Of a stretch of DNA of 39,374 nucleotides, positions 1-8,490 are shown in pieces. Both the position numbers and the translations under genes were made by a program. The notes beneath the pieces are model-generated. The model did no database searches, was not told the origin of the DNA, and saw only the letters and a list, made by a program, of their open reading frames with translations. Source of the DNA: a virus. How positions within the stretch are numbered: position 1 is the stretch's first letter; each line of letters opens with the position of its first letter. The DNA lies in IMG/VR virus record IMGVR_UViG_3300045988_104640, positions 1 to 39,374 of that record, one strand, 5' to 3'.

Positions 1-88
1 GCAGATAGGCAGTAGCGGCAATTCCGCGCAGATAGGCAGTAGCGGCAATTCCGCGAAGATAGGCAGTAGCGGCGATTACGCGAAGATA
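1..88 (+). repeat. 27-bp in-frame tandem repeat GGCAGTAGCGGCAATTCCGCG(C/A)AGATA, units at 8-34, 35-61, 62-88; same array as 39298-39374
   Basis: Direct reading. Each unit encodes GSSGNSA(Q/K)I. The third unit is diverged (GAT TAC), followed by a degenerate unit at 89-115. Confidence 0.95.
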
Positions 89-307
89 GATTCAAGCGGT
101 GAAGATAGCGTGATCATGTGTGCAGGATTCAACAGCAGAGCAAAAGCTAAAAAAGGTAGCTGGATAACGCTTGCGGAGTGGAAATACGATGAAGACAAGG
201 AAAGGTGGGCTCCGGATTGCGTTAAGACCGAACAAGTGGACGGAGAAAGAATCAAGGAAGATACATTCTATCAGTTAATTGACGGAGAATTTAAGGAGGT
301 AGAGTAA
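2..307 (+). CDS. C-terminal part of a repeat-containing phage protein split by the window ends (joins 38935-39374)
   Basis: The frame is open from nt 2 with no stop. It reads QIGSSGNSA repeats, then GEDSVIMCAGFNSRAKAKKGSWITLAEWKYDEDKERW..., with the stop at 305-307. Confidence 0.8.
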   Translation, partial: QIGSSGNSAQIGSSGNSAKIGSSGDYAKIDSSGEDSVIMCAGFNSRAKAKKGSWITLAEWKYDEDKERWAPDCVKTEQVDGERIKEDTFYQLIDGEFKEVE

Positions 308-329
308 TGCAAAAGGTAGGTGATAATGG

Positions 330-539
330 ATGGTTTTTGTAGCGAGAACTGACGACCCGTTTTATGACGCAGATAGGTATCTCGACGCTTTAGAACATGA
401 GTACGACCATAGACCTATATGCTGCGAATGTAATCAACATATCAGGGAAGATTATGCATACGAAATAGACGGGAAATACATTTGTATTGAATGCATGGAA
501 GATAACCACAAAGATAATATGGACAAATATGACGGTTGA
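330..539 (+). CDS. small zinc-ribbon protein, 69 aa
   Basis: SD-like AGGTAGGTG lies upstream. Two Cys pairs (CCEC ... CIEC). Paralogous in its core to the next ORF. Confidence 0.6.
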   Translation: MVFVARTDDPFYDADRYLDALEHEYDHRPICCECNQHIREDYAYEIDGKYICIECMEDNHKDNMDKYDG

Positions 540-557
540 AAAAAGGGGGAAGCAGAG

Positions 558-743
558 ATGGATAGAGTACCCGATAACTATGACGCATGGAAAATCCATG
601 AACGTAGGAAGGAATTAGATTTGGAAAAACAGCCGTTATGTGCATGGTGCAATGAATATATACCTGAAGATTACGGCTACAGAGTAGGAAACGATTTAGT
701 ATGCGAAGAGTGCATAAATAATTTGAAAGAGAGGATAAACTGA
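558..743 (+). CDS. small zinc-ribbon protein, 61 aa (paralog of 330-539)
   Basis: SD GGGGGAAG upstream. CAWC ... CEEC with the same (I/E)xEDY(A/G)Y spacing as the preceding ORF. Confidence 0.6.
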   Translation: MDRVPDNYDAWKIHERRKELDLEKQPLCAWCNEYIPEDYGYRVGNDLVCEECINNLKERIN

Positions 744-1312
744 TGGATTGGCAAGAATTAAAGAAGATTAACGAAAATCTCAAGGGCGTGGATGTTAAAG
801 GAAAGAAATACATCGAAGTTAATAAGCGCGTTATGGGATTTAGAGAGTTAGAGCCAAACGGTTCTATTGTTACTGAAATAGTTGACATTCAAAACGGAAT
901 CGTTGTGATGAAAACTACAGTATGCAATGGAGATGGACAAGTATTAGGAACCGGGTTTGCATACGAAAAAGAGAGTTCGTCTTACATCAATAAAACATCG
1001 TATATCGAAAACTGCGAAACATCAGCTGTTGGCAGGGCTTTAGGATTCTGCGGGATTGGCGTTGATAGTTCGATTGCGTCAGCCGAAGAAGTCACGAATG
1101 CAATTCATCAGCAAGAAATCATTAAAGAGGGCGAAAAGCTCGCAACAGCAGTCGAAAAGAAAACATTTCTTGAATTATGCAAAAAATTTGAAGTAGATTA
1201 CAAAAAGATTTTAGCGGAAGTCGGGTGCAAAGGTCAAATGACGAAAGAACAACACGGCAAAGCTATGATTATCCTAAAAGACATTGAGAACGCGAGGGCG
1301 ACGGAACAATGA
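743..1312 (+). CDS. putative Rad52/Sak-like single-strand annealing protein
   Basis: TGATG start overlap. The motif ENCETSAVGRALGFCGIG resembles the Rad52-family ExxAxxRALxxxGxG helix-hairpin. It sits in a recombination module with HNH, a NinB-like protein and SSB. Confidence 0.45.
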   Translation: MDWQELKKINENLKGVDVKGKKYIEVNKRVMGFRELEPNGSIVTEIVDIQNGIVVMKTTVCNGDGQVLGTGFAYEKESSSYINKTSYIENCETSAVGRALGFCGIGVDSSIASAEEVTNAIHQQEIIKEGEKLATAVEKKTFLELCKKFEVDYKKILAEVGCKGQMTKEQHGKAMIILKDIENARATEQ

Positions 1313-1632
1313 GCATGAAGGAACATACCAAAATATCCCCGGATACCCGACGGAAAGTCAGAAAGAGAGACAAAGACTGCTGCATACTATGCGGCAGACC
1401 GTGGTTCCTCGAATGCGCCCACTACATCAGTAGGGCGCAAGGGGGCATGGGTATTCCCGAAAACCTTGTAATGCTATGTAGGGATTGCCACTTCAAGTAT
1501 GATAATGGCGGGTATCGCGAAGAATTCGGAAGATACATCAGAGACTATCTGAACAGCGCTTATAAGAACTGGGACGAGAAGAAATTGGTGTATGACAAAT
1601 ATTCATGGGTAGGTGGAAACGATGAAGATTAA
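1309..1632 (+). CDS. HNH endonuclease
   Basis: CCILCG ... ECAHYISRAQGG ... ENLVMLCRDCHFKYDNG: HNH ββα-Me motif with flanking Cys pairs. ATGA overlap with the upstream gene. Confidence 0.85.
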   Translation: MSMKEHTKISPDTRRKVRKRDKDCCILCGRPWFLECAHYISRAQGGMGIPENLVMLCRDCHFKYDNGGYREEFGRYIRDYLNSAYKNWDEKKLVYDKYSWVGGNDED

Positions 1633-2185
1633 GGAACAACCCCGGCTCGAACTTCTCTACAGGCAAGACAACTTAATTATACCCCTTGAGAAAGGGCAAA
1701 TTCGCGCCGCACACGAGTTTTTAGACACCGTCGGACAGATAGACCCGACCAAAGATTACACAATCAAAATCGAGCCTACAAAGCGCAAACGGAGCATTGA
1801 CGCAAACAATTACTGTTGGTCTCTTTTGGGCGCGTTGGCAATGGAATTGAGCAAAGAAAAGACCCCAGTAAAAAAAGAGAAACTTTATAGGGAATATGTA
1901 AAAGATTATGGAACATATGAGATTGTACCAATTCGTGAGGACGCAGTTGATAGATGGATAAAAAACTGGGAGCGAAAAGGGCTTGGATGGGTATGCGAAA
2001 GGCTTGGAAAATCAAAGCTTCCCAATTACGAAAACATTGTCTGTTACTTTGGTAGTAGTACATACGACACTAAAGAGATGTCAAGGCTAATTGACGCAAT
2101 TGTAGCGGATTGCAAAGAACAAGGAATTGAAACAATGACACCAGATGAAATCGAAAGGTTGAAGGAGCAATGGAACACACAATAG
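1622..2185 (+). CDS. NinB/Orf-like recombination mediator (putative)
   Basis: SD AGGTGG lies 5 nt before ATG 1622 (the track start 1613 is GTG). KRKRSIDANNYCWSLLGALA and STYDTKEMSRLIDAIVADCKEQGIE parallel lambda NinB RSLDQNRKLWACLGDVS and STSRMRVGEFAELLELIQAFG. Confidence 0.5.
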   Translation: MKIKEQPRLELLYRQDNLIIPLEKGQIRAAHEFLDTVGQIDPTKDYTIKIEPTKRKRSIDANNYCWSLLGALAMELSKEKTPVKKEKLYREYVKDYGTYEIVPIREDAVDRWIKNWERKGLGWVCERLGKSKLPNYENIVCYFGSSTYDTKEMSRLIDAIVADCKEQGIETMTPDEIERLKEQWNTQ

Positions 2186-2367
2186 ACAAATCTTGTCAAG
2201 GGTGCAAGTACCTCTTCCGGGGGCATTACGGAGGCACAAAATGCTTTGACTATTTACTCGAAACCGGACAGCCGAGAGGTTGCCCGGCAGGAGAGGGGTG
2301 CACCAAGAAAGAGATAGGCAACAGAGAAAAAGTAACGCTTAAATTCGCAAAAAAGGCAGGTGGTTAA
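2170..2367 (+). CDS. small Cys-rich hypothetical protein, 65 aa
   Basis: ORF with CQGC ... C ... C ... C. The SD spacing is short and it overlaps neighbours at both ends. Confidence 0.4.
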   Translation: MEHTIDKSCQGCKYLFRGHYGGTKCFDYLLETGQPRGCPAGEGCTKKEIGNREKVTLKFAKKAGG

Positions 2368-3076
2368 ATTGGGAAAAGGCTGGGTCCCGATTAGCAGGCA
2401 GCTCCAAGACCATTGGTTATGGAACGATAAACCGTTCAGCAAAGGTCAAGCATGGATTGACCTCATTATGCTTGCAAATCACGAAGAAGTAAAGAAGCCT
2501 TACAAGAATCAAATAACGACATTTGAAAGGGGGACAGTAAGCCTAAGTTTATCAGAGTTATCTAACCGTTGGGGGTGGAGCAGACACAAGGTGCGTGATT
2601 TCCTAAACACACTCAAAACAGACGCAATGTTGGACATAAAAAGGACAGGCAAAATAACGGCTTTAGTCATTGAAAATTACGCATTTTACAACGATGTGCA
2701 AAACGCAAAAGGACAGAAAAAGGACGAAAAAAGGACAGTTTGCGGACAGTTTGCGGACACAAACAACAATGACAACAATGATAATAATATATATAACAAC
2801 AAAAACGCGCGCGCGCGTGAGAGGTTCGTAGCACCTACAATCGATGAAGTACGAGCCTATTGTACCGAAAGAAACAACAGCGTGGACGCGCAAAGGTTTG
2901 TTGATTATTACACCGCCAACGGTTGGATGGTTGGCAAGAACAAAATGAAAAACTGGCAAGCAGCGGTCAGAACATGGGAGAGACAGGGAACGGCTGAGAG
3001 TGTTCACCACCCTACAAGAACGCAAAGAAGGTTTTGCGAAACACCTGTTGCTGACGATTTAGACGATTTATTTTGA
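2360..3076 (+). CDS. replisome organizer / replication initiator (wHTH N-domain, DnaD-like C-domain)
   Basis: GQAWIDLIMLAN ... LSELSNRWGWSRHKVRDFL is a winged-helix pattern. The C-terminal IDEVRAYCTERNNSVDAQRFVDYYTANGWMVGKNKMKNWQAAVRTWE is typical of phage DnaD-like organizers. It lies upstream of a DnaC-like loader. Confidence 0.7.
   Translation: MVKLGKGWVPISRQLQDHWLWNDKPFSKGQAWIDLIMLANHEEVKKPYKNQITTFERGTVSLSLSELSNRWGWSRHKVRDFLNTLKTDAMLDIKRTGKITALVIENYAFYNDVQNAKGQKKDEKRTVCGQFADTNNNDNNDNNIYNNKNARARERFVAPTIDEVRAYCTERNNSVDAQRFVDYYTANGWMVGKNKMKNWQAAVRTWERQGTAESVHHPTRTQRRFCETPVADDLDDLF
2711..2817. promoter_or_regulatory. candidate origin of replication inside the organizer gene (iterons, AT-rich tract, (CG)6)
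   Basis: GGACAG 2711, GGACG 2722, GGACAGTTTGC 2733 and 2744 (tandem), GGACAC 2755. Then an AT-rich stretch at 2761-2805 and CGCGCGCGCGCG at 2806-2817. Confidence 0.45.
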
Positions 3077-3093
3077 GGCGAAAGAGGTGAAAA

Positions 3094-3900
3094 ATGATTG
3101 AACAGATATCGGACAATGTTCCGAAAAGTCCAAGTGAATACATAGGCGAGGATGGTGTAATGCGCTGTTCAGTATGCGGACAAGCTACCGAAACCACAAT
3201 AAACATACTCGGCGAGGAGCGCAAAGTTCACTGCATTTGCGATTGCAGAAAGAAAGAATTGCAAGCGGCGAGAGAAAAAGAGGACGAAGAGGAAAAACGA
3301 CGCAATCGGGCAATTTGCTTTGGTAAATCCGCATTGAGCGAGTGCAAGTTTGAAAACTCACACGACAGCGAAATGCTTAGAATCGGGAAGAGATATGCGG
3401 AGCAGTTTGATGAGTTTAAAGCTTCAGGAAAAGGGCTTCTTTTCTGTGGAACCGTCGGAACGGGGAAAAGTCATACATCGGCATGTATAGCGAATCGGCT
3501 CATAGATGACGGACACAAAGTTCTGATGACGAATTTTGCAACGATGGTTAATATCTTGCAATCGTCATTCGATGGCAGGCAGGAATACATCGACGGGTTG
3601 AATCGGTACGCATTACTGATTGTCGACGATTTAGGGGCTGAAAGAGAATCAGAATACATGCAGGAACAGGTTTTTAACATAATCGATTCTCGCTATCGTT
3701 CGGGATTGCCGATGATTATTACAACGAATTTGACGACGGAAGAGATAAAAAAGGCTTCGGATATCGGCAAACGAAGAATTTATGACAGAGTCCTTGAACG
3801 CTGCCACCCGGTAGTAATGAACGGACAGTCTATCCGCAGACAGAAAGTTAAAAATGATTTTCCGCAAATGGAAATGGCATTGAAAGGAGAGGAACAATGA
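3094..3900 (+). CDS. DnaC/IstB-like AAA+ helicase loader with N-terminal zinc ribbon
   Basis: Walker A GTVGTGKSH, Walker B LLIVDDLG, and SGLPMIITTNL. N-terminal CSVCG ... HCICDC. SD AGAGGTG. Confidence 0.85.
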   Translation: MIEQISDNVPKSPSEYIGEDGVMRCSVCGQATETTINILGEERKVHCICDCRKKELQAAREKEDEEEKRRNRAICFGKSALSECKFENSHDSEMLRIGKRYAEQFDEFKASGKGLLFCGTVGTGKSHTSACIANRLIDDGHKVLMTNFATMVNILQSSFDGRQEYIDGLNRYALLIVDDLGAERESEYMQEQVFNIIDSRYRSGLPMIITTNLTTEEIKKASDIGKRRIYDRVLERCHPVVMNGQSIRRQKVKNDFPQMEMALKGEEQ

Positions 3901-4181
3901 GACCTATAGAACAAATCGCCCGGCACTACGGGATAGAGCCGCAAAGCCGGCAGACCATTGAAGAGATGGCGGAGCTTACACAGGCGATAACAAAATTTTG
4001 GCGATATACCGGCGACGACGCACAGCAGCTGAAAGGGCTGAAGAATGCGATTGCCGAGGAAATCGGCGATGTTGAAATAATGCTCGAACAGCTGAAAATC
4101 CTGTTCGGGATTGAAGAAGATGTTAGAGAGTGCAGAGCATTTAAGCTGATCAGACAATTGGAGAGGATAAAACATGAATAG
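3897..4181 (+). CDS. MazG-like all-alpha NTP pyrophosphohydrolase family protein (putative)
   Basis: EEMAELTQAI ... AEEIGDVEIMLEQL has an EExxE...ExxD-type helical pattern. ATGA coupling to the upstream gene. Confidence 0.5.
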   Translation: MRPIEQIARHYGIEPQSRQTIEEMAELTQAITKFWRYTGDDAQQLKGLKNAIAEEIGDVEIMLEQLKILFGIEEDVRECRAFKLIRQLERIKHE

Positions 4182-5022
4182 GGTAAAATGTGAGATATTC
4201 AGAGATTCTATGCAAAATTACAAGAAATATGCAATACCGCCCGCCCAGTTAATCATTGCTGATGTGCCTTACAATGTCGGCAATAACTTTTACGGCAGTA
4301 ATCCGATGTGGTACAACGGCGGCGACAACAAAAACGGCGAAAGCAAATTCGCAAAAAAGGCAGCGTTCAATTCCGACTTTAATTTTAACCTTTACGAATA
4401 TTTTCATTTTTGCCACAAAATGATGAAAAAAGAGGACACATCAAAGCAGGGAAGAGGACGAAGCAGCAACAGCCCGTGCATGATTGTATTCTGTTCCTTT
4501 GAACAGCAGTCAACTTTGATAAACGCGGCAAAAAAGCATGGATTTAATAACTACATACCTCTTGTGTTTATCAAGAATTACAGCCCACAAGTCTTAAAGG
4601 CAAACATGCGTGTAGTTGGCGCAACAGAATATGCATTGCTTCTGTACCGAGACAAACTTCCGAAATTCAGAAACGGCTTGCAGATTGACGAAAACGGAAA
4701 AAACATTCGCGGAACGGGGCATATGGTGTTCAACTGGTTTAGTTGGGAAAAAGACGGAAAGGATATTCCGAAAATACATCCGGCACAAAAGCCGGTTGGA
4801 TTGCTTAAGAAGTTGATTGAGATATTCACAGACGAGGGCGACACGGTAATTGACCCGTGCTGTGGAAGTGGTTCAACACTTAGAGCAGCAATCGAACTCA
4901 ACCGAAATGCATATGGATTTGAAATTGACAGAAATTTTTATGAGCGGGCGAAGAATGAAATGCTCGCACGGAAACCATTAGAACAAATGAAATTTGAAGA
5001 TTATTTACAGGAGGCAAAATGA
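4174..5022 (+). CDS. DNA methyltransferase (N6-A/N4-C type, motif IV before motif I)
   Basis: IIADVPYN is a DPPY-like motif IV. HPAQKPVGLLKKLIEIFTDEGDTVIDPCCGSGST is an AdoMet-binding motif I. No cognate nuclease is nearby. Confidence 0.85.
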   Translation: MNRVKCEIFRDSMQNYKKYAIPPAQLIIADVPYNVGNNFYGSNPMWYNGGDNKNGESKFAKKAAFNSDFNFNLYEYFHFCHKMMKKEDTSKQGRGRSSNSPCMIVFCSFEQQSTLINAAKKHGFNNYIPLVFIKNYSPQVLKANMRVVGATEYALLLYRDKLPKFRNGLQIDENGKNIRGTGHMVFNWFSWEKDGKDIPKIHPAQKPVGLLKKLIEIFTDEGDTVIDPCCGSGSTLRAAIELNRNAYGFEIDRNFYERAKNEMLARKPLEQMKFEDYLQEAK

Positions 5023-5414
5023 ATTCAGTAGTTTTAATTGGTCGCCTTACCCGCGACCCGGAAGTAAGATACACATCAGGCACACAGACAGCGGTATGCA
5101 CATTTACCGTTGCCATTGACAGACCCGTGAAAAAAGACGAAAAGAAGCAAGCAGACTTTCCGAGGGTTATATGCTTCGGCAAACAGGCTGAGAACTGCGA
5201 AAGATTCCTTGCAAAGGGAAGATTGGTAGGGGTTCAAGGCAGATTGCAGACCGGGAGCTACACCAATAAGGACGGTGCGACCGTTTACACCACAGATGTC
5301 ATAGCTGACAGAGTAGAATTTTTAGAATGGGGAGACAGACAGGGAACACGACAGGAATATGACGAGCCTATTCCGGAAGGCTTCGCGGCTGTTTCTGAAG
5401 AGGTGCCTTTTTAG
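5019..5414 (+). CDS. ssb: single-stranded DNA-binding protein
   Basis: MNSVVLIGRLTRDPEVRYT ... FLAKGRLVGVQGRLQTGSY ... OB-fold consensus, with an acidic tail ending EEVPF. Confidence 0.95.
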   Translation: MNSVVLIGRLTRDPEVRYTSGTQTAVCTFTVAIDRPVKKDEKKQADFPRVICFGKQAENCERFLAKGRLVGVQGRLQTGSYTNKDGATVYTTDVIADRVEFLEWGDRQGTRQEYDEPIPEGFAAVSEEVPF

Positions 5415-5480
5415 CGAGACAAGCACAGAGGCTTTTAATTCGAGGTATAACGCACTAAAACGAACGCGAGGAGGGAAACG

Positions 5481-5834
5481 ATGATAAACAGCAAATCCAA
5501 AGGCGCGAGGTTCGAGAGGGAGCTTGCGGGCAGACTGAGAGTGTACGGCTATAACTGCCGAAGAGGTCAGCAATACTGCGGAGCAAACGGCGACGCGGAT
5601 GTGGTAGGACTGCCGGGAATCCATATCGAAGCGAAGCACCAAGAGAAAATGCAGCTGTATGAGTGGGTGGAACAAGCCGAGCGAGACGCAAAGCTGGATG
5701 AACTTCCGGCGGTATTCCACAAGAAGAACAACCATGAAATTTTAGTAACAATGACATTTGACGATTGGATGACATTATACGGAGCAAGAAATGACACCAA
5801 AAAAGAACAAATTGACACCGAAAGCCGCGATTAG
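5481..5834 (+). CDS. PD-(D/E)xK Holliday-junction resolvase-like nuclease
   Basis: SKGARFERELA ... GDADVVG ... IHIEAKH gives the E, D and ExK motifs in order. SD GAGGAGGG. Confidence 0.65.
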   Translation: MINSKSKGARFERELAGRLRVYGYNCRRGQQYCGANGDADVVGLPGIHIEAKHQEKMQLYEWVEQAERDAKLDELPAVFHKKNNHEILVTMTFDDWMTLYGARNDTKKEQIDTESRD

Positions 5835-6087
5835 ATGGCTCGAGCGGTTGCGCCGGGCGAGCGAGCGGAGGTCAGGTGCGGACACGATTTATCAGATTCG
5901 ATATATGTTCAAGTACATCGAAAAAATCATGCAGTATCAAGAAGTGATGATACCCGAAGTTGAGGAAAGCGGGCGTTTCATCTGCCCAAGATGTAAGCGT
6001 GGCATGATAGCTGAATCGGGAAGCGTGGACGATTATGCATTTTGTCCGCTCTGCGGTCAGCGGTGGAAGGAGACAGAAGATGATTAA
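5791..6087 (+). CDS. hypothetical zinc-ribbon protein
   Basis: SD GGAG upstream. CPRC ... CPLC. It overlaps the preceding gene by 44 nt, so the start is uncertain. Confidence 0.45.
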   Translation: MTPKKNKLTPKAAIRWLERLRRASERRSGADTIYQIRYMFKYIEKIMQYQEVMIPEVEESGRFICPRCKRGMIAESGSVDDYAFCPLCGQRWKETEDD

Positions 6088-6307
6088 ACAATGCAAAAAC
6101 TGTGGAGTAGAGTTTGAAGTCTTGCGGGGCAGAAAATACTGCTGTGATGAATGCCGAGAGAATTTTCACAAGCCGAACAAGCGAGAGACGCATATACCCG
6201 ACATCAACGAGCAAGCAAGACTTCGGCGGCTGACATATGGGCAGTATCAGGCGCAAAAATTCATAAAGAGAGTCAAAGGATGGGGCAGTGTAAATGAAAC
6301 AGTATAA
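6080..6307 (+). CDS. hypothetical zinc-ribbon protein, 75 aa
   Basis: SD GAAGGAGA before ATG 6080 (track start 6035 lacks an SD). CKNC ... CCDEC. Confidence 0.55.
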   Translation: MIKQCKNCGVEFEVLRGRKYCCDECRENFHKPNKRETHIPDINEQARLRRLTYGQYQAQKFIKRVKGWGSVNETV

Positions 6308-6581
6308 ATTCCCCAAGTACCATTGTTGGGATATGGAGCTGTCGAACATCACCGCCTATGTAGTAGACAGCAAAATCAAAGGACTGCACTACATTGTAGA
6401 CGGTGAGCAAATGACGATGGTTCGGCACTATGACATGATAGTGTGGAATATCCAAGACACGCCGACAGAGGCGGAGAAGTTTATTGAAAGAGTAAAACAG
6501 GAGATACTGGACATCTACGCAGATATCAAGAGCCTGCGCAGCATGGCGGTAAAGTATGAAGAGGTAAAGCTGAATGCCTGA
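6294..6581 (+). CDS. hypothetical protein, 95 aa
   Basis: ORF on the operon strand, tightly packed with its neighbours. Confidence 0.5.
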   Translation: MKQYKFPKYHCWDMELSNITAYVVDSKIKGLHYIVDGEQMTMVRHYDMIVWNIQDTPTEAEKFIERVKQEILDIYADIKSLRSMAVKYEEVKLNA

Positions 6582-6594
6582 AAGGAGAAGGAGA

Positions 6595-7026
6595 ATGAGT
6601 ATGACAAATTATGAAAAATACAAAAACGAGATTAACAAGATTACAAGAATGGGGCGAAGAGTTGCAGTCGAAACAGATACAAATAAAATCTGCACATGTG
6701 ATGAATTGTCATGCGGCAAATGCTTGTTCGCGGATTCTGTTCTTCCATCATGTAGCATGGAAGCCCTAGAATGGGCTGATGCCGAATACATTGAGCCAGA
6801 GGTGGACTGGTCGAAAGTGCCAGTTGATACACCAATACTGGTATCGGATGATAATAAACGTTGGTATCGCAGTTATTTTGCTGAATATAACAACGAAGAC
6901 CATCAAGTTTGGACATGGCGAGGTGGTCGCACGAGCTGGAGCATTAATTATGATGGTGCTTATCTTGTGAGTAATAGAGAAGCTTGGAAATATGCAAAAT
7001 TAGCGGAGGTGGACAATGGAATTTAA
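6595..7026 (+). CDS. hypothetical protein
   Basis: SD AAAGGAGAAGGAGA immediately before ATG 6595. Confidence 0.55.
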   Translation: MSMTNYEKYKNEINKITRMGRRVAVETDTNKICTCDELSCGKCLFADSVLPSCSMEALEWADAEYIEPEVDWSKVPVDTPILVSDDNKRWYRSYFAEYNNEDHQVWTWRGGRTSWSINYDGAYLVSNREAWKYAKLAEVDNGI

Positions 7027-7393
7027 TTATTTAGTTGAAAAGAGGCGGATGTTGGATAGCTTAGGACGAATGAGGGATGAGGCAATAAGTTGTCTTAATG
7101 TAGATTGCACACTTTGTCCACTCAGTAAATACGCTTCAGGTTCAGGATTTAATTGTAGAGTGTTTGAAATTGAATGTCCTATTGAAGCCACCAAAATCGT
7201 CCGCAAGTGGGCTGAGGAGCACCCGCGAAAGACGAGAAGAGATGTACTCTTGGAGAAGTTTCCGAATGTAGTGCTAAACAAAAAAGGACAACCATGTGTT
7301 TGTGCGCAAATGCTTGGATTGCGTGATTTTGACTATGTTTGCGAAGATAAAGAGGAGTGTTCGAAATGTTGGAACACGGAGGTAGAGGAATGA
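7016..7393 (+). CDS. hypothetical Cys-rich protein
   Basis: SD GGAGGTGG before the ATG, with multiple Cys clusters. Confidence 0.55.
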   Translation: MEFNYLVEKRRMLDSLGRMRDEAISCLNVDCTLCPLSKYASGSGFNCRVFEIECPIEATKIVRKWAEEHPRKTRRDVLLEKFPNVVLNKKGQPCVCAQMLGLRDFDYVCEDKEECSKCWNTEVEE

Positions 7394-7746
7394 GCAAAAG
7401 GCTAACCCAGAGAAACGAAAAAGGCGAAGCATATGTTCAGCTTTATGCTGACCCGGATAGAGTTGCGGAGGTAATTGTTGAACAAGCCAAAAAAGAAAAA
7501 GAAGTTATAGAACGCCTTGCATACTATGAAGATTTAGAAGAACAGGGCAAGCTAATTGAGCTGCCATGCGCTGTAGGAACTAAGGTTTACTGCATACATC
7601 GAACACCTACGAAGCCTGTCATAGCTTGTACGATTGCAGACGAATTTATACTGACCCTATGCATACTTGAAGGGAGATTTGGTAAAACCGTATTTTTGAC
7701 ACAAGAAGCCGCAGAGGCGGCACTAAAGGAGCGTGAGCAGGAATGA
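7390..7746 (+). CDS. hypothetical protein; ends in the first junction repeat (..KEREQE)
   Basis: SD GGAGGTAGAGG before ATG 7390 (track start 7357 is less likely). Confidence 0.55.
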   Translation: MSKRLTQRNEKGEAYVQLYADPDRVAEVIVEQAKKEKEVIERLAYYEDLEEQGKLIELPCAVGTKVYCIHRTPTKPVIACTIADEFILTLCILEGRFGKTVFLTQEAAEAALKEREQE

Positions 7747-7937
7747 GTAAATGTTTGGCATCGCAAAACGGAATTTGCAGAAATGCATATGCTTTTGGTA
7801 TTCCATGCAACGGATACAGCAAAGAATGCAAACTGAAACCAGCGTACGACAATTTAGAAGCCGTACGAAATGCGGTAATAAATTCAATCAGGAAAAGCTT
7901 CGGAATCGTAAGTGATAAGGCAGGTGAGCAGGAATGA
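7743..7937 (+). CDS. hypothetical protein, 64 aa
   Basis: Starts and ends inside junction repeats. ATGA start/stop overlaps at both ends. Confidence 0.55.
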   Translation: MSKCLASQNGICRNAYAFGIPCNGYSKECKLKPAYDNLEAVRNAVINSIRKSFGIVSDKAGEQE

Positions 7938-8161
7938 GTAAAACATACCACTACAGAGGTAAGGCATATTGTGAAGGAATGGACACTGGTAATAGACCTT
8001 GCGAGGGAGATTTGCTCGACCTTTACCTACGCTTGAAGGACGAAGGCAAAGTGGATGAAGAAACTACATACTACTTTGATTGCGAATGCTACAGCAGTCC
8101 TGAAGAACTAATTAAGGATAATCTCGAAGAATTAGGTATTGAGGCAGGTGAGCAAGAATGA
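7934..8161 (+). CDS. hypothetical protein, 75 aa
   Basis: Bounded by junction repeats, ending ..EAGEQE. Confidence 0.55.
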   Translation: MSKTYHYRGKAYCEGMDTGNRPCEGDLLDLYLRLKDEGKVDEETTYYFDCECYSSPEELIKDNLEELGIEAGEQE

Positions 8162-8343
8162 ACGAAAGATATACAGAAATTGAAAAATGTCCGTTTAGAA
8201 CAGTGATAAAAAAACAAGTGATACAACATGTAAATGTGGAGACAACAGATTTCATGGAGTGCTCGAAAGAAAAATGCCCAGCATTTGAAAAGTTTGAGGG
8301 GCATACATTTAGCCATGAAATTTGCAAGATGATTGGCAGGTGA
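8158..8343 (+). CDS. hypothetical Cys-rich protein, 61 aa
   Basis: Bounded by junction repeats. Here the repeat is read in a different frame, with the stop at the TGA within GGTGAG. Confidence 0.55.
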   Translation: MNERYTEIEKCPFRTVIKKQVIQHVNVETTDFMECSKEKCPAFEKFEGHTFSHEICKMIGR

Positions 8344-8349
8344 GCAGGA

Positions 8350-8490
8350 ATGACCTATGAAGAGGCGAAATTAGTTGATGCATTAAAATATTGGTGCGAT
8401 ACAAATACAGAGTGTGGTGTAACTCATATACCGAGTAGTTTGTTATTAAAAGCTATCGAAGCACTTCAAAAGGCAGGTGAGCAGGAATGA
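8350..8490 (+). CDS. hypothetical protein, 46 aa (below the ORF-track cutoff)
   Basis: ATG 8350 lies inside a junction repeat. Translates to MTYEEAKLVDALKYWCDTNTECGVTHIPSSLLLKAIEALQKAGEQE and ends in the next junction repeat with ATGA coupling to 8487. Confidence 0.55.
   Translation: MTYEEAKLVDALKYWCDTNTECGVTHIPSSLLLKAIEALQKAGEQE

Noticed and set aside
390-888. Minus-strand ORFs antisense to early genes (390-599, 442-888, and many similar throughout the track)
   Set aside because: They lie antisense to well-supported SD-preceded genes. They are hydrophobic or low-complexity, lack SDs, and would break the operon layout.
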